DNA from: Antedon mediterranea
Taxonomy: Eukaryota; Animalia; Echinodermata
DNA length: 64,000 nt
Assembly: GCF_964355755.1 (NCBI RefSeq)
Contig: NC_092677.1
Coordinates: forward strand, 16,762,101 to 16,826,100
Direction: 5' to 3'
Positions 40,901 through 52,372 of this stretch are shown one piece after another; the stretch's first letter is position 1; every line of letters begins with the position of its first letter. The position numbers and the translations under genes are program-made. Below the pieces are notes generated by a model. That model searched no databases, was not told where the DNA came from, and saw only the letters and a list, made by a program, of their open reading frames with translations.

Positions 40901-42391
40901 ATTCCAAGACGTGTGTCGAAGAAAACTGTACAAGCAGCTGAAAGTAAGTATCAATAAAAAAAACACCACAGTACAAGTTCAATTGTCATACATTTATCAG
41001 GAGCCAAGTACAACTATTTTACCAAATTTAAAACAAATTGTCGTTGTGTTTGAATAGCCATATTATAACCTCTGACTACATTTTCAAACTTTGAAAATGT
41101 GATGAACTCATAAATGGACACGATGAATTTATATCTCTACCATATATTTGGACACATAAAAGCTTTTTTGTCAAAAAATAATAGGCCTAATAATTATATC
41201 GATTTTTATAGAGCACATACCACTCAAGAGTGCTCAAAGCGAGAAACAGTGTAGGCAAAGCTTGATAGTCATTGTGTTTTCATGTATATATGTGTGGACA
41301 CAGATGTATTATTAATTCACAATAACATACATTCAAATGACCATCTAAACAGCTCTTCTTCAATATCTGGTACGATGTCCTTATTTGGACCTTCTTTCGG
41401 TCGTAAAGATGTTAGTCTCTTCAGTACATCCGTCGATACACCGTACATAGCATTTATATAAAGAGATATTTCCTGAGGTCTGAGTAAACGTCTACTCATA
41501 GCAGAACGTATCTTGTGCCATTGTTCACCATCCCTACAAGAAAAACAATTGTGTTGGCTACTGTGTGTCAGCCATAATTATTTCAGTGTGAAAAAGGAAA
41601 CCGAGCATATGCATTATTAATTTTTTATCATTTTGAGACAAACTGTTGTTCCTAGTTGCTGGATGAGTTTCAGTAGACAATGTATGTCCACGTTTCTACA
41701 ATTAAGATTTTTCATATTTGTTCACTCCAAATCAAATCAATCATTATGTTTAAGTGTAGAGTAGACAAGAATGTGTGGCCTACAACGTGTGGAAAACATG
41801 TCTATCAATTACGACTTAAATAAAGATTACTAAAAAATGATATACTGTATTCTATATTGTTAATGCCACGTGATTCCATCATCCTAAAATATGCCTACAC
41901 TATAATTGCAATTTCATAGCCACCCTAAAAGTATAATAGTATTTATAAGGTCTACACAGACTTTACTTTACTTACTCCAGCAATATACCAAGTGGTTTGT
42001 TGCTCTCTTTTCTATATTCTATCCACGGACTGAATTGCATTCTCTGTGGATATTTATCTTCAGATCTACAAAATATTTCTATAAGTTTGGGATCGCTTAT
42101 TACAATCAGATCAAATACAAACATGCTGTTTCTGTACATTTTCCCGTACTTCTTTGCGTATTCACCATTCATCTCATGTGTTTTCGTTACACCGCTCCAT
42201 AATCTCAGCGTCGTTGATATGATTTTGTTGACGATTAATGGGGCTCCCCGTATGCCTACTCCGGGTAGGTCATCTATAGGCTTAAGCTTCTTGTTAATCC
42301 GAGGAATAGACGAGGAATATCTTAAAGGCGTGTACCTCAATAATGATATTGAAATGCGTCTACAGAAGTTGTCCATTCTTGATATTGCCAT
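31917..42391 (-). CDS. Mitochondrial-clan cytochrome P450 copy 5, ~516 aa; exons 42391-41976, 41533-41331, 40937-40725, 36527-36367, 36213-36047, 35095-35017, 33629-33470, 32221-32178, 32024-31917
   Basis: Nine GT-AG exons, 1551 nt, open frame, motifs intact. Exon 4 has an in-frame 12-nt deletion (161 vs 173 nt). Intron 3 is expanded to 4.2 kb by TE insertions. Confidence 0.9.
33777..34960. mobile_element. hAT-like non-autonomous element in CYP copy 5 intron 6
   Basis: Perfect 16-bp TIR CAGTGGCGGATCTAGG...CCTAGATCCGCCACTG with G/C-run subterminal regions. No clear 8-bp TSD. Internal ~57-bp tandem duplication at 34673-34785. Confidence 0.7.
36790..37040 (-). mobile_element. LINE reverse-transcriptase fragment
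   Basis: Minus strand reads ETSIGVPQWFVLG, then after a frameshift LLFLVYVNNICNSS, a decayed GVPQGSxLGPLLFxxYxND motif. Confidence 0.6.
37072..38305. mobile_element. Dispersed element copy B (paralog of 22415-24010)
   Basis: Colinear match from GACGATGGTTCT.GGAATGATAAT to AATTAAC.ATAATTTATATA.AGATG. Confidence 0.75.
39420..39760 (-). mobile_element. LINE apurinic-endonuclease fragment, possibly the same decayed LINE as 36790-37040
   Basis: Minus strand gives IGISEIW*...DRIVKEKGVGMFV and MGDFNI, which are APE domain motifs. Confidence 0.55.
40061..40337 (-). repeat. Second copy of the 11040-11300 repeat
   Basis: Near-identical to 11040-11300; carries extra CAGTA units at 40100-40114. Confidence 0.8.
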
Positions 42392-42476
42392 TTAAAAACA
42401 TGAATTGTAGGCGTGAATCGTTGAACCCGTTGGTTGCGATTCCAAGTCATAGCTACGACTAAAATACGTAGGCTAT

Positions 42477-42523
42477 GTCAACATTATTTAATAACAAAAG
42501 CGCCATCCTAGTTTTAAAGTTCA
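42477..42523 (+). promoter_or_regulatory. Fox-like GTCAACA (42477-42483) plus DR1-like GTTTTA-A-AGTTCA (42511-42523) upstream of CYP copy 5
   Basis: Positionally conserved with the motifs of copies 3, 4 and 6. Confidence 0.45.
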
Positions 42524-42759
42524 ACGGCAAATCAAACACTTCCTGGAACGAATGTAGACCTATTTATCATATTATTATAAATACTTTACATAGTGCAAAT
42601 AAATATACTGTACGTTTAAAATGACATTAAATGTGTAATTTATGTTTATGTGTAATCTTAGTATACAAAACAGCATAGATCAACAAACATAGCAAAGAGT
42701 AGGCAAAAATATTCTTAAACCGCCCATATACATACATACATATGGGATCCTCCTCTTCT

Positions 42760-43200
42760 ACGTCGTAGAACTGGAGTCGAAAACCTTTTCAGCACCAAAT
42801 AGCCTACTAATGTGTTCGTTAACAATTGTTATCAATTGTGTAATGACTTTGGCTTGCCTGATTTCCATACTTAAAATACATCTTTTTTGATGTATTCGGT
42901 CCTCTACAGATATGACCAACGTATCGGATATACTGACTGTATATTCAGTCCCTGAAGGAAGATGTTCCAACAATTCCACATATCCTTTTGTTGGAATATA
43001 CAAGTCTGTAGATATCCTCACCTGGTTGGTCAGCCTCATTCATTGCCCTGTCAAACCCTCTCTTGACCATCTGTCTTAATATTGTATGCCAACACGATTT
43101 CAACTTCTTTATTTCATTCTCATTTTGAAACCGTGCTTGTGTACCATATAAGAGCAGGCCTCTAAAACTTTCTTTCTTTCTTTCCATATATAACATATTA
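42760..43200 (-). mobile_element. LINE (RTE-like) ORF2 C-terminal fragment
   Basis: FRGLLLYGTQARFQNENEIKKLKSCWHTILRQMVKRG resembles the post-RT LLYGxxxW...LR region of RTE-type LINEs. Frameshifted. Confidence 0.5.
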
Positions 43201-43554
43201 TGTAAGTCCGTTATATATATCATTTAAAAATGGTTCAAGAAAATGTCCGATCTGGATAATACCTATACAGGTACGAGTAACATGAACTTTCGCTAGGCCT
43301 ATACTAGATGAGTTTACTATTGACTATCAGAATAAAACATAAATAAACTTAAGGTGTTTACTGGACGCACCGTATATAGATAAGATAAATGAACCTGCCT
43401 TATTACAAACAACAACATATCCAATACACATCAGTTTATTTATAAATACTACATGATTTAAAACTGATTTTTGTATTCACTTTATTTTTTAAAATGTATT
43501 GGTTTATTATATAATTAGGCAAATTGCCAAGGATAACCATAAGCGAATTCATGC

Positions 43555-43754
43555 ACTATCCTTCATAAAGGTGGCAATCCTGTTCACAAGACAAACATAC
43601 ACAATATGCTCTACATAAATAAAGTCTTATTACAAGTCTTATTACAAGTCGTTGGGAGTGGAGTTGTAATTTGTTATTAGAAAAAAAATCCTGGACTTGA
43701 ACCCAGGACCCTTGAATTGGTAGCCATGCATCATAATCACCAAGCCACAACTCC
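43555..43754 (-). mobile_element. tRNA-derived SINE
   Basis: Head GGAGTTGTGGCTTGGTGATT...GGGTTCAAGTCCAGG has Pol III A and B boxes but lacks a complete acceptor stem, and is followed by a non-tRNA body. Confidence 0.6.
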
Positions 43755-43993
43755 AACCATGTTTACGTGTCAAATGCTTTACACAGTGCCTAATTACCAC
43801 CAAGACTGCTTACTAAGCGAAACATTTCATTTTTGATTAGCATTGGGACAAGTTATACCAACATATCACTTTTCCACTTTCTACGTGCAGATTGAATTTA
43901 TACGTTATAATTGTAAACTAATCTATAATTAAGTTTCTTTATAACAGAATCTGTACATTGTATCAATGGCATCGATAATATTGATTATGATCG

Positions 43994-46900
43994 TCATATA
44001 ATGGCATTTCTGTCTACTAGACGAAGATCGAGTGGCTGGTCGGGAACCAAAAATATCTTTGATACTGACTTGACTTCCTTGTCAATTTCAAGCCGGAAGT
44101 TTTTTATAATCTAAAAAAAGCAAGGAGAAGGTAATCACCTAGTGATGTTGCCAAGTTCCATACATTTATATCCAACTGATCAGTAGGCCTACATTTTGTT
44201 TTAACCTGAGAATTATTTCTCAAAATAATGGCAAAACTGAATAATGAATAGGCTATGTATGCAAATCAGTGAACACGTGTAGAAATTGAAAAATATCTTT
44301 AAAAGCCATCTTAATCCTAAATAATATTTACCATTGGTAACAATGTGTGCATCTCCTGTTCAGCAAGTCGCCGACCTAATAAAAAACATTCCATAAATTG
44401 CATTCTTTGAATTATAGCACCTAATATCAACGACGATAAATAAACGTAACGAACCGTCCTGCAAACCAATTGGCGATATGCCAATTTCGTATTGACTAAT
44501 GGTCTGAATAATACAACTTTTGGGAATGAGTTTAGTTCTCGTAATCTAATTGATTAGTTGTTGATATGGGATGTGTACTAAAGGGTAAAATAAAATAACA
44601 AGGCAACTTACCAATACAACTTCGAATACCAACACCAAATGGCAACATCAAGAACTTGTTTAATCGTTCGCCTTTCACTCGATCAAGCCATCGTTCAGGT
44701 TTGAAGCTCAACGGATCTTCAAAGTATTCTGGATTACGGGTTACTGAGTACGTATCGAGAACAACTGTTTTCTATAATCAATAATGATAAATACTTCCGT
44801 TTTTTGAAGAAGATATTAGAAAGTAAACGTTAACTTTAACGCTATGTCCCTGTCACAAGTGACATAAGTTGTATATATATATATTGAGCTAGTCTATTTT
44901 CACTTTTCCTTTGTTTTCACTTTTGTTTTATGAAGCTATTGTGTGAAGCCAATGGAGCAGAGTATTGTGTTGCAGAGAAGGATGGTGCGGAGGTCTATGA
45001 TTGGTGGAGAAGTATAGGAATTAATTCAGGATGTGAGTTGCTGAATGGTGGAGAAGGATAAGGTGGTTGTATGTGTGCAATTGAGGGATTTTTGAGGAAG
45101 ATGGAAAATGATAGGAGACAGAGAAGAGTGTTATGTTAAGCAAGGAAAGGATAGGAGAATTGATATGGGAAACAAATGCATACAGGAGAAGAAAGTAATT
45201 GTGTTACGGTGATGTAGAGGGGAAGCATAAAGGAAATAAAGTGATATACACAAAGTAAAAGAAATAGTGAGTTGAAAGTAATACTATAAGGCTGTTCTTG
45301 AATTTTTTTGAGAACTTGTAAATTGTTGATATTATTGAAGATTAAAAATGTAATTGTATTTGGAAATTGGAGAAAGAAATAACTGGTGAAAATAGCAGAA
45401 TAGTTGCATCATACTTGGAGCTTTGAGACCTTTGTTGAAATTATTGGAGATAAATTGTATGCGGAAAAAAGGAAGAAAGAAGTAATTGGTAGGAGAAGCA
45501 GATTGTTGGATTGCAGAACGATATCAAGAAACATAACTTTTATGTTTGATTTAATTATATGCCAGAAACATTATTTGCAGGAAATTAGTTGCAGGTTGGA
45601 AATATTAATTATTGGTGATAACAGCAGAACGGTACCGTAGCAAAGGAGTGGGAGTTTTAACTTTTCTAATTTGTTTATATTCCAGCATCGGAGACGGGAG
45701 AATACAAGAAGTAACGATATTGTGGACTTTTATTACTCGTTGTTGTTGGAAGTTTGAGGAGTTATAGACATTGTGTTGGGAATAGGGAAACTGTTGATTA
45801 TTGCTTGAGAATTGGGTGGGTTTTTATTTTGTCGGGGACATTTTTTTTTTGGATATAGGAAGAAAAGAATTGTTTTGTCAAACTTTATTGTTATTAAATT
45901 TACTTTTACATAATGGAAGTTGTACAGTTGTGGCTATTTTATGTTGTTCACTGGTGGTTCAAATAAAACGATGTTAACGATGATGGTTTAAAAAAAAAGA
46001 AAAATAATTGTTGCAAGGATCCCCAGAACTTACCCCAGCTGGTATATTGAATCCATTAATTTCCTTATCTTCCTGAATAATTCTTGATACTCCTGGTACA
46101 ATTGGAAATAATCTGTGAAAATCAAACACAAAAAAAAAAAACATATTTCTTCTCTCAGTAAGTCGATACCTCTCATAACGGAACTCATTCTACCTTCCTA
46201 CTGTAATATGTAATGTTTACCTCTCGTAGACCACCACTTTTTATCCATGACTTCAACTTAAAATGTAATTATGTGTATTGGTAAAAATGATAATAATGAA
46301 TGATAACCTCTGTGTTTCCTGCATGACAGCTTTCAGATAGCTCATCTGGTTGTAGTGATCTTTTGTTGGCGTGATGCCTTCTGGGAAAACTCGTTTTACT
46401 TCTTCGTATAAACGTTCCTGACATTGTGGATTCTTTGCAAGGCAGTAAAGTATCCATAGCGTAGAGTTGGAAGTCTGTAATTAAACATTTTTATCAGTTC
46501 TATGATTTCATAATATAGACGATCGATGTACTTCGCAATATGGCAAACAACACATCAAACAATGTGAACGTCTAAGCTTCGCTCACATTGAGGATGGATT
46601 AGTGTGAAAATATAATTGTGCTTCAAATCCGTTTCAAATATTAGTTATGATATATACGGTGTTTATTTCTATCACTCACCGTGTCTACTGCTGCCGCTAG
46701 CAGTTCTGTCATATTCCCATATATTTCTTCATCACTCAGTTTATCCTGTGCAACAAGGTACGCCAGGAAACTTCCATCGTCAACTTTTTCTTTATCACTT
46801 TTATCAACTTTGTCTGCCAACTCGTTTAGTTTCATATCGATTAGGTCACGGGCTTTGAGAAATAATAAATATTATGCTACTGATCAGTTATTAAATAATT

Positions 46901-48788
46901 TGTAACCTAAAAAACTTTAAATCGCAAGACGGAAGACTATCTTAAGCCGATTTTCCACTAGGCAAATTTGCACCACCTGCACATCACGTGTCTGTTGAGC
47001 TTCTCGATATACATAGGTGCTCATGAACGCGTCATGGCTCATTTCCTGAGCTCTAAATGGTCACGCAATTTTTTGCTTCGCAAAAAGTAATGAGTAAACA
47101 ATTCGAACAACCAATTTCGCTGAAACTAAAAACTTAAGGACGATGGAATACGCATGCGTATAAGCTGACGCTTCGATTCGGTTAGTAGTGGAAAATAGGC
47201 TTCAGTGCCTAATGCCTTCTCCCTACTGTAAATCATTATTATTTGTGGTAGACAAACGGTATCTATACAAGGTCGTAATTATTGAATGTTAGCTTCTATA
47301 TGTACTGTAATACTTACACACTTTAAAGAGCAAATCCCATGATTGTTTGTGTAGTGTATACGATTTAGTTTTCAACATCCTTTGGATAGAATAAGGCATC
47401 AACATAAGATCCGCAGATGTCGCCAATACCTTTTTAAAAGCATATAAGAACTCGTCGATTTCTTCATGAATCTTGTGTGATTTCTTGTCCAAAATACCAA
47501 GGCGTTTGTCGAAGAAAACTGTACAAGCAGCTGAAAATGAAAAATTATACATACAGTTAGAGGAAAAATGGCAAAATCAGCACTGTGTTCATGTTACAAG
47601 AGTAGTCAAAACAATATAGATTATCTGATAAAAATCCTAGAAAGTAGGACAAATTTTGCCATTTTTCCCTTGACTGCATAGTAAGTTTTTGTCTAAAACA
47701 ATCTCCTCTGTTTGTTAGTCCCTTCGTTTATTCATCAATTGTCTTTAACAACGACACGTCATTCTGCTTTCTAATCTGTGTGAACAGATTACAAGATGGT
47801 TCCATCTTGTAAGGCGCCTCTGTGTAATATACTGAATAAAAAAAAAAAAAAAAAAAAAAAAAAAACAGAAACTTGAAATTTGAAGGAAAAAAAACGTACA
47901 TTCAAATGCCCAACTAAACAACTCTTCTTCGAGGTATGGAACCTTGTCTTTATTTTGACCTTCTTTCTGGCGTAAAGTTTTTAGCCTCTTTACTATATCC
48001 GTCGATACACCATGCATAGAATTTAAAAAGAGAGATATTTCCTGTGGTCGTAGTAACCGTCTACTCATAGCAGATCGACTTTTTTGCCATTTTTCACCAT
48101 CCCTAGAAGCAAAAATAAACGATACGGTTTTATTGTTTGTTTAACCTACTACCATAAAGGTTAATTTAAATAGTGTAAAGGTGCATATTTAACCAACTTT
48201 ATAGTGATAATCTTGTGTATATGGTTAATTTTCCAGATCCAACTAGCAATATTACATTGTCTTAACAAGATTTTTAATTGTTCCTAATAAAGGCCAATAT
48301 ATGTATGATGGCTTATGTGAAAATGTTATTACAATAAAAATATATATATATAATAAATCGTATACTTACTCCAGCAATATACCAAGTGGTTTCTTGTGTT
48401 CTTTTCTATATTCAATCCAAGGACTAAATTGCATTCTCTCTGGATATTTATCTTCAGATCTACAAAATGTTTCTATAAGTTTGGGATCGCTTATTACAAT
48501 CATATCGAATATAAACATGCTATTTCTGTACATCTTACCGTACTTCTTTGCATTTTCAACACTCATTTCATGGCTTTTCATTACATTTCCCCGTAACAAC
48601 AGCGCTGTTGATATGATTTTGTTCATGACCAAAGGCGCTCCTCGTATCCCTACTCCGGGTAGGTCGTCTATAGATTTAAGCTTCTTGTTGTTAAGCTGAG
48701 GAGTCGTAGCTGTAGACGTGGCATATCGTAATGACATGTATTTCAATAATGAAAAGCGTCTATAACAATGGTTTACAATTCCTGCCAT
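43994..48788 (-). CDS. Mitochondrial-clan cytochrome P450 copy 6, ~524 aa; exons 48788-48370, 48102-47900, 47530-47318, 46852-46680, 46474-46308, 46112-46034, 44771-44612, 44375-44332, 44110-43994
   Basis: Nine GT-AG exons, 1575 nt, open frame, motifs intact. An alternative in-frame ATG lies at 48803. Confidence 0.92.
46945..47201. mobile_element. Harbinger-like MITE, second family; a related copy lies at 62628-62904
   Basis: TTA|AGCCGATTTTCCACTA...TAGTGGAAAATAGGCT|TCA. The 62628-62904 copy has TTTTCCACTAGGCG...CGCCTAGTGGAAAA arms. Confidence 0.65.
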
Positions 48789-48897
48789 TGCCTCAACATG
48801 CATGTATGGCTACTCGTTGGTTAGAAATTACAAATATAGCTATGTCAAAACACATAGACTAAAGACTATATTAGTATGCGTTTTGTACCGTAACAAT

Positions 48898-48934
48898 GTC
48901 AACAAAGGCAATATATCTTAGAGTTTAAAGTTCA
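48898..48934 (+). promoter_or_regulatory. Fox-like GTCAACA (48898-48904) plus DR1-like AGTTTA-A-AGTTCA (48922-48934) upstream of CYP copy 6
   Basis: Positionally conserved with the motifs of copies 3, 4 and 5. Confidence 0.5.
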
Positions 48935-49999
48935 GCGGATAAATCAATGGTAATTGGACGTTGAACAATATCCTAGTAGTACAGTATAATAGAAATACAT
49001 TCATTACAATCAATTCAAGCTCAAATGAATAGGTAGCGCGCCATTTGGCTTATTGATTAGGCTTCCACATGTAGGCCTACCCCTTCCCGCGCGCGCAGCC
49101 CTCACACTTATGTAACAAAAAACTCGAATAAGACATGCATTTCAGTACCACTTTACTGGTAAATATTTTCTGACACGATATTTGTTGACCTACCAAAGCC
49201 AAATTAATATTAGAACACGATATTGAAAAAACGTCACTTATAACTACCGCACGTATTTTGTTCTCACTCTCAATTTGTCATTCTCTCGGTTGAACAGCTC
49301 GAGTACAGCATAATAATGTTGAAGGCAGACCGATTTTCTTTAAAAAAACACTATGTTGATAGATTTAGTTTGATAGTTTAGTTTATGATTATACTTTTGT
49401 TCTGACAGTAGTCCAGACTATACTTACGTTACATATGTTTCCTACTGACTGTTATTAATTGATAAAAAATCATTATTTCTGAAATAAACAACAATATTTC
49501 TTGTTTATAATAAAACTGGCTCAAATTGAACTACAGACTGAAACATAATACTTGTAACGATCAGTTAACTTGCAAAATAGAGTAGGGTACAATCTGATCA
49601 CCAATGTACATAATTCACTTTTATAGAGTATAGGAGATTTTGTTCAGTTGAATTCAACAACTTGAGAACTTTTACCAATTATACAATCAACAAGCGGTGA
49701 TGACCCAATACCACAATCAATAAGTTTTGCAAAAGGAGTTCGTGATCAATAAACAGTGCCAAATGCTTCTTCCACTGAAAATGGTTGTTAATTATAGTTT
49801 TTCTTCTTAGCCAGACTGTTTATGTCAATGTATTGGCATTTGTCACTGTTTTTCTCCTCAAACACATTTTTTCCATAACAGATTGTAACTAGCACCATCA
49901 AATTTCACTTAAATTAAAGAAAATAACTGCAGTTGTTCTTTCATTTAAGTTATTGATGTATGTATAATTCCACACATTGTTGAAATGATTACTTTTTTT

Positions 50000-51034
50000 C
50001 TAAAGCCAGATTGAGGATGTCGATACGTTGGCTCCTAAATTGTGATTGTCACGTGGCTTAGTTTTTTTCATGAAACATAAGCACATTTTATTAGCTATAA
50101 CGTGCATTGTTTTAATAAATTCATTTCTCATTTCTTCACTTCTTCCCGCGTAAATTACCGGGTTCATCATGGAATTTGCGATTCCTAAGAAGTCACAAAA
50201 CCAAGGGTACCATCCCAGCCAAGAGTACCCAGCATCGATGTATCCTTGAACGATGCTTTTAAAACTACTTGGTAAGAAACACAAAGTATAAACCAACAGA
50301 ACAATGGCCGTGGTTTTGGTTACTTTCATTTCTCGCTTGTTAACTTTTTTCCCATGCCGTGTTGCCGTTTCTGATGCCTTTTTTGATGCAACAGAAAAGA
50401 TGTACGCATATAGAATGAACAGACATGGTATTGTGCAGATCACGAGTGGGTTTGTGAAGTAATAATATATGGGTGCGCCATACGTATTATAATAAGTTGA
50501 ACCTTCGCAGTCGTACTCAAAAGTGATATTCGGTTTTTCTACGAACAGTTCAGATACTGCAGCTGCAAGATATGAAATACTTCCGACAAAAGTACCTAGT
50601 ATATTTGCATAAATACCAACTTGAATTGCTCGTGTAGGTGACATCCATACATGGTATCGGAGAGGATATTTGATTGCAAAAAAACGATCAAGTGTAATCA
50701 CGATTAGGAATAGTGCAGATAGATGTATTAAAATAATGCATGGTGCAAAATACCAGATTGCACAATTAACCGAATAAACAAACTGTCTACGTAGAAGATA
50801 ACCAACTATACATAGAGGAACTCCAATTAGACCATTTAAAAAGTCGGTTACTGCTAAATACAATATAAAAATCTTGTTGGGGATTTCTAAGAACTTCGGA
50901 TTTCTGTAAACGCTGATAATAACGATACAATTTCCACAAATTATCAATATCATCAATGGCATAAAAAAAGAGAAAACAAAAATAATAAATTCAATAGAAA
51001 CGTTCTCCTGTACCAAGAGGTCGACCGTTGCCAT
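50000..51034 (-). CDS. Intronless class A (rhodopsin-like) GPCR, orphan, ~344 aa
   Basis: Seven hydrophobic segments with GN (TM1), LAVTD (TM2), ITLDRF (TM3), CFLP (TM6) and NSMMNPVIY (TM7). Start placed at MATVDL to match the neighbouring paralog. Confidence 0.92.
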   Translation of the reverse strand: MATVDLLVQENVSIEFIIFVFSFFMPLMILIICGNCIVIISVYRNPKFLEIPNKIFILYLAVTDFLNGLIGVPLCIVGYLLRRQFVYSVNCAIWYFAPCIILIHLSALFLIVITLDRFFAIKYPLRYHVWMSPTRAIQVGIYANILGTFVGSISYLAAAVSELFVEKPNITFEYDCEGSTYYNTYGAPIYYYFTNPLVICTIPCLFILYAYIFSVASKKASETATRHGKKVNKREMKVTKTTAIVLLVYTLCFLPSSFKSIVQGYIDAGYSWLGWYPWFCDFLGIANSMMNPVIYAGRSEEMRNEFIKTMHVIANKMCLCFMKKTKPRDNHNLGANVSTSSIWL

Positions 51035-52372
51035 TGTTAATACTTTTTTTAGAAATACTGTTTCTAATTTCTCATGAGTCGCATCCAAGTTCAACAGTAT
51101 TAAGTAAGTAAGTAATTCAGTATTAACAACTCGGATAGATTATACTAAATATTAAAGTTCCGTATTCAACTGGTAAATTTCAGCAAATTTGGTCGGTATT
51201 CTCAAAGTCCATTGCATTCAATACTGTATTGTTAAAAGTATGGGGTTATAGTCCCACGAATTAGTCAATCTTCCAGTTAACGGATTACACGAGCCGTCGA
51301 TTGTAAAACTCAGATATGATTCGGATCGCCTTAACACGGTCTATGTAGGCCTACAGTGTGTTACAACGAAGCTTCTATTTCAACACGTCATACGCTAATG
51401 TGACGACTTTTTACAAGTAGAGTTCAATTGCAAGCTGTTATCTTTATTGATACATGTTACGTGTCACTGTCACTGTATATAGGCCTACACGTAATTTATT
51501 TTATTTTTTATTAGGATTAACGGGGTGGGTTGAGTGTGCAATTTTAGGTACATCATTTGCTTTGTGCTGGCCTCTCATATTGGTTAAACCTATCATGGTC
51601 TAGTTTGTTATGAGGATTAAATGAATAATAGTGTGTCATAATAGATGAAGTACCATATTTATTCAAAAGATTGATGAAATAACAAAAATAGTGGTCTATG
51701 ATTGGTCGTCTACGTGTATCATTATCGATAAAAAAATATTGGTTATATAATAATTCATATTTTATTTATTTCCTAACATAATTTAGTTCACTTTTAGAAA
51801 TTGATGTACAGAAAATTATCGGAATTAATATGAAAAGTAATAAGTTGATAAGTTTATTTTCTTATAATGTATCCCACGGGTAAATTATCAAATTATATTA
51901 CGAAGCATAATTCCCATTCAAGGTTTTTAATTCAACATTATATATCACAATATACATAGACTGTTACAATGTTTCAATAGTCCACGATTGGTCGACAGCT
52001 TTTCCAAATTACAATTACGGAACAACGTTCTCCAATAATTTCTTTATAACTACGTTTAGTGTCCACCACAATATCCACTCAATTATAACTTGGTCTATTT
52101 CCACAATCGCAGTGGGTTCTTCGCCGTTTTCCACAAACGCAACGAGCTTTTCGTCGTTTACCACAATCATTTTTTTCAGTTTTTTAAACGGCGATCTTTA
52201 ACAATAATTTATTTTGTATTGAACTTTTACAATAGTAAACGTATTTTAGTAAGTGTTTTCTCTTTCTGGTATTTTTTTTTTTAAATAACGAAACTGGTCC
52301 AGAATGAATTTTTAACTAAAAATGTTGATATCGAACCAAAAATACTTCAACCGAATACAAACGGTGATGCAG

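Noticed and set aside
41997-42395. Plus-strand ORFs antisense to CYP exon 1 in several copies (also 7213, 14514, 20029, 27086, 48301)
   Set aside because: They are shadows of the conserved coding strand, with variable starts and stops and no recognisable protein features.
44900-45990. Strongly purine-skewed 1.1-kb block in copy 6 intron 6
   Set aside because: Probably a decayed LINE, but no diagnostic motif could be read, so it was not annotated.
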